Of a stretch of 64,000 nucleotides of DNA, positions 63,600-64,000 are shown one piece after another. The translations under genes and the position numbers were made by a program. The notes below the pieces were generated by a model that saw only the letters and a program-made list of their open reading frames with translations, did not search any database and was not told where the DNA came from. Each line of letters starts with the position of its first letter. Position 1 is the stretch's first letter. The stretch is from Parcubacteria group bacterium GW2011_GWA2_42_14 (GTDB lineage Bacteria > Patescibacteriota > Minisyncoccia > Sungbacterales > GWA2-42-14): positions 85,681-149,680 of the forward strand of contig LCCV01000004.1 in assembly GCA_000998135.1 (NCBI GenBank). Reading direction: 5' to 3'.

Positions 63600-64000
63600 T
63601 TATTGAATCGGCGTGAGCCAATTTTTATACTTTTTGATATTTCCTCCGGTAATTTTTTTATATTGATTTTGTAAATCAGTAAAAATGGATTGCGGGATTT
63701 GGCGTTGTGAAAAGTATTTGTGAATTTTCGTTACGCGTTCCAACTCAATTCCGGTGCCGGTCAGAAAAATTTCATCCGCTTTACGGAGAAAACCAGGAAG
63801 GATATTTTTTTCGCAAACTTTTATGCCCATATCACGCGCAATTCGGATTATGGTATTTCTTGTGATACCGCCTAAGATATTTCCTATTTTTGGAGTATAA
63901 AGAATTCCGTTTTTGGCGATAAAAATGTTATTGACCGCTCCTTCGGCGACAAAACCACTGGTATCCAGAAAAAGCGGTTCATCAAATCCGCTTTTGCGCG
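63600..64000 (-). CDS. class IV aminotransferase (branched-chain amino acid / D-amino acid aminotransferase), C-terminal part; gene continues past window end
   Basis: Reverse translation gives …FDEPLFLDTSGFVAEGAVNNIFIAKNGILYTPKIGNILGGITRNTIIRIARDMGIKVCEKNILPGFLRKADEIFLTGTGIELERVTKI…, the fold-type IV C-terminal motifs. Stop at 63600. Confidence 0.65.
   Translation of the reverse strand, partial: RKSGFDEPLFLDTSGFVAEGAVNNIFIAKNGILYTPKIGNILGGITRNTIIRIARDMGIKVCEKNILPGFLRKADEIFLTGTGIELERVTKIHKYFSQRQIPQSIFTDLQNQYKKITGGNIKKYKNWLTPIQ

Noticed and set aside
1-64000. rRNA genes or CRISPR arrays
   Set aside because: No regularly spaced direct repeats with unique spacers and no rRNA-like conserved stretches were seen. 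All periodic signal is explained by dispersed palindromic repeat families.

Overview
This window is a low-GC, repeat-dense chromosomal fragment of roughly 60 genes from a small-genome bacterium. It looks like a CPR/Patescibacteria-type uncultivated lineage: there are several TTG/GTG starts, no consistent Shine-Dalgarno sequences, and the tRNAs do not encode CCA. No rRNA genes or CRISPR arrays were found. There are two tRNA genes, tRNA-Thr(CGU) and tRNA-Gln(CUG), and prfB carries the classic CUU-UGA-C +1 programmed frameshift.

Housekeeping genes: ftsE/ftsX, obg, a Pif1-like helicase and a cold-shock protein.

A YcaO cyclodehydratase is followed 13 nt later by one ORF fusing a PrmC/HemK-type glutamine methyltransferase domain to a SagB-type dehydrogenase domain. 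This is a candidate new peptide- or protein-modification system.

Metal and redox genes: a copper-type P1B ATPase with a CPD motif in place of the usual CPC, a Ca-type P-type ATPase, a VIT-family iron transporter, and two DsbA/VKOR/CcdA disulfide modules. A minimal cytoplasmic [NiFe]-hydrogenase (large subunit, 162-aa small subunit, a convergent maturation protease) sits next to an FAD-dependent pyridine-nucleotide oxidoreductase and a small 8-Cys protein. Three GH130 modules lie in tandem.

An efflux operon (membrane fusion protein, MacB-type ATPase, permease) is split by a 5.3 kb accessory insertion. The insertion carries an AbiEi/AbiEii abortive-infection pair, a NYN-domain protein, a DNA-methyltransferase remnant and an excisionase-like small protein.

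The most unusual background feature is a set of several families of 35-240 nt palindromic elements scattered between genes. One ~105-nt family (terminal repeats CCCCGTTAGAAGTCC / GGACTTCTAACGGGG) is inserted in-frame inside prfB and inside the Cu-ATPase gene. It adds about 36 related amino acids to each, and a third copy supplies the stop codon of obg. This resembles Rickettsia palindromic elements.

Also present: a REP/RAYT locus with one intact and one decayed Y1 transposase, a frameshifted LAGLIDADG homing-endonuclease gene next to tRNA-Gln with a duplicated tRNA 3' fragment, and an AT-rich block at about 13.4-17.7 kb. Several further pseudogenes are present (ABC-F ATPase, DsrE-like).

Coordinates for starts and features I derived by hand may be off by a few nucleotides.
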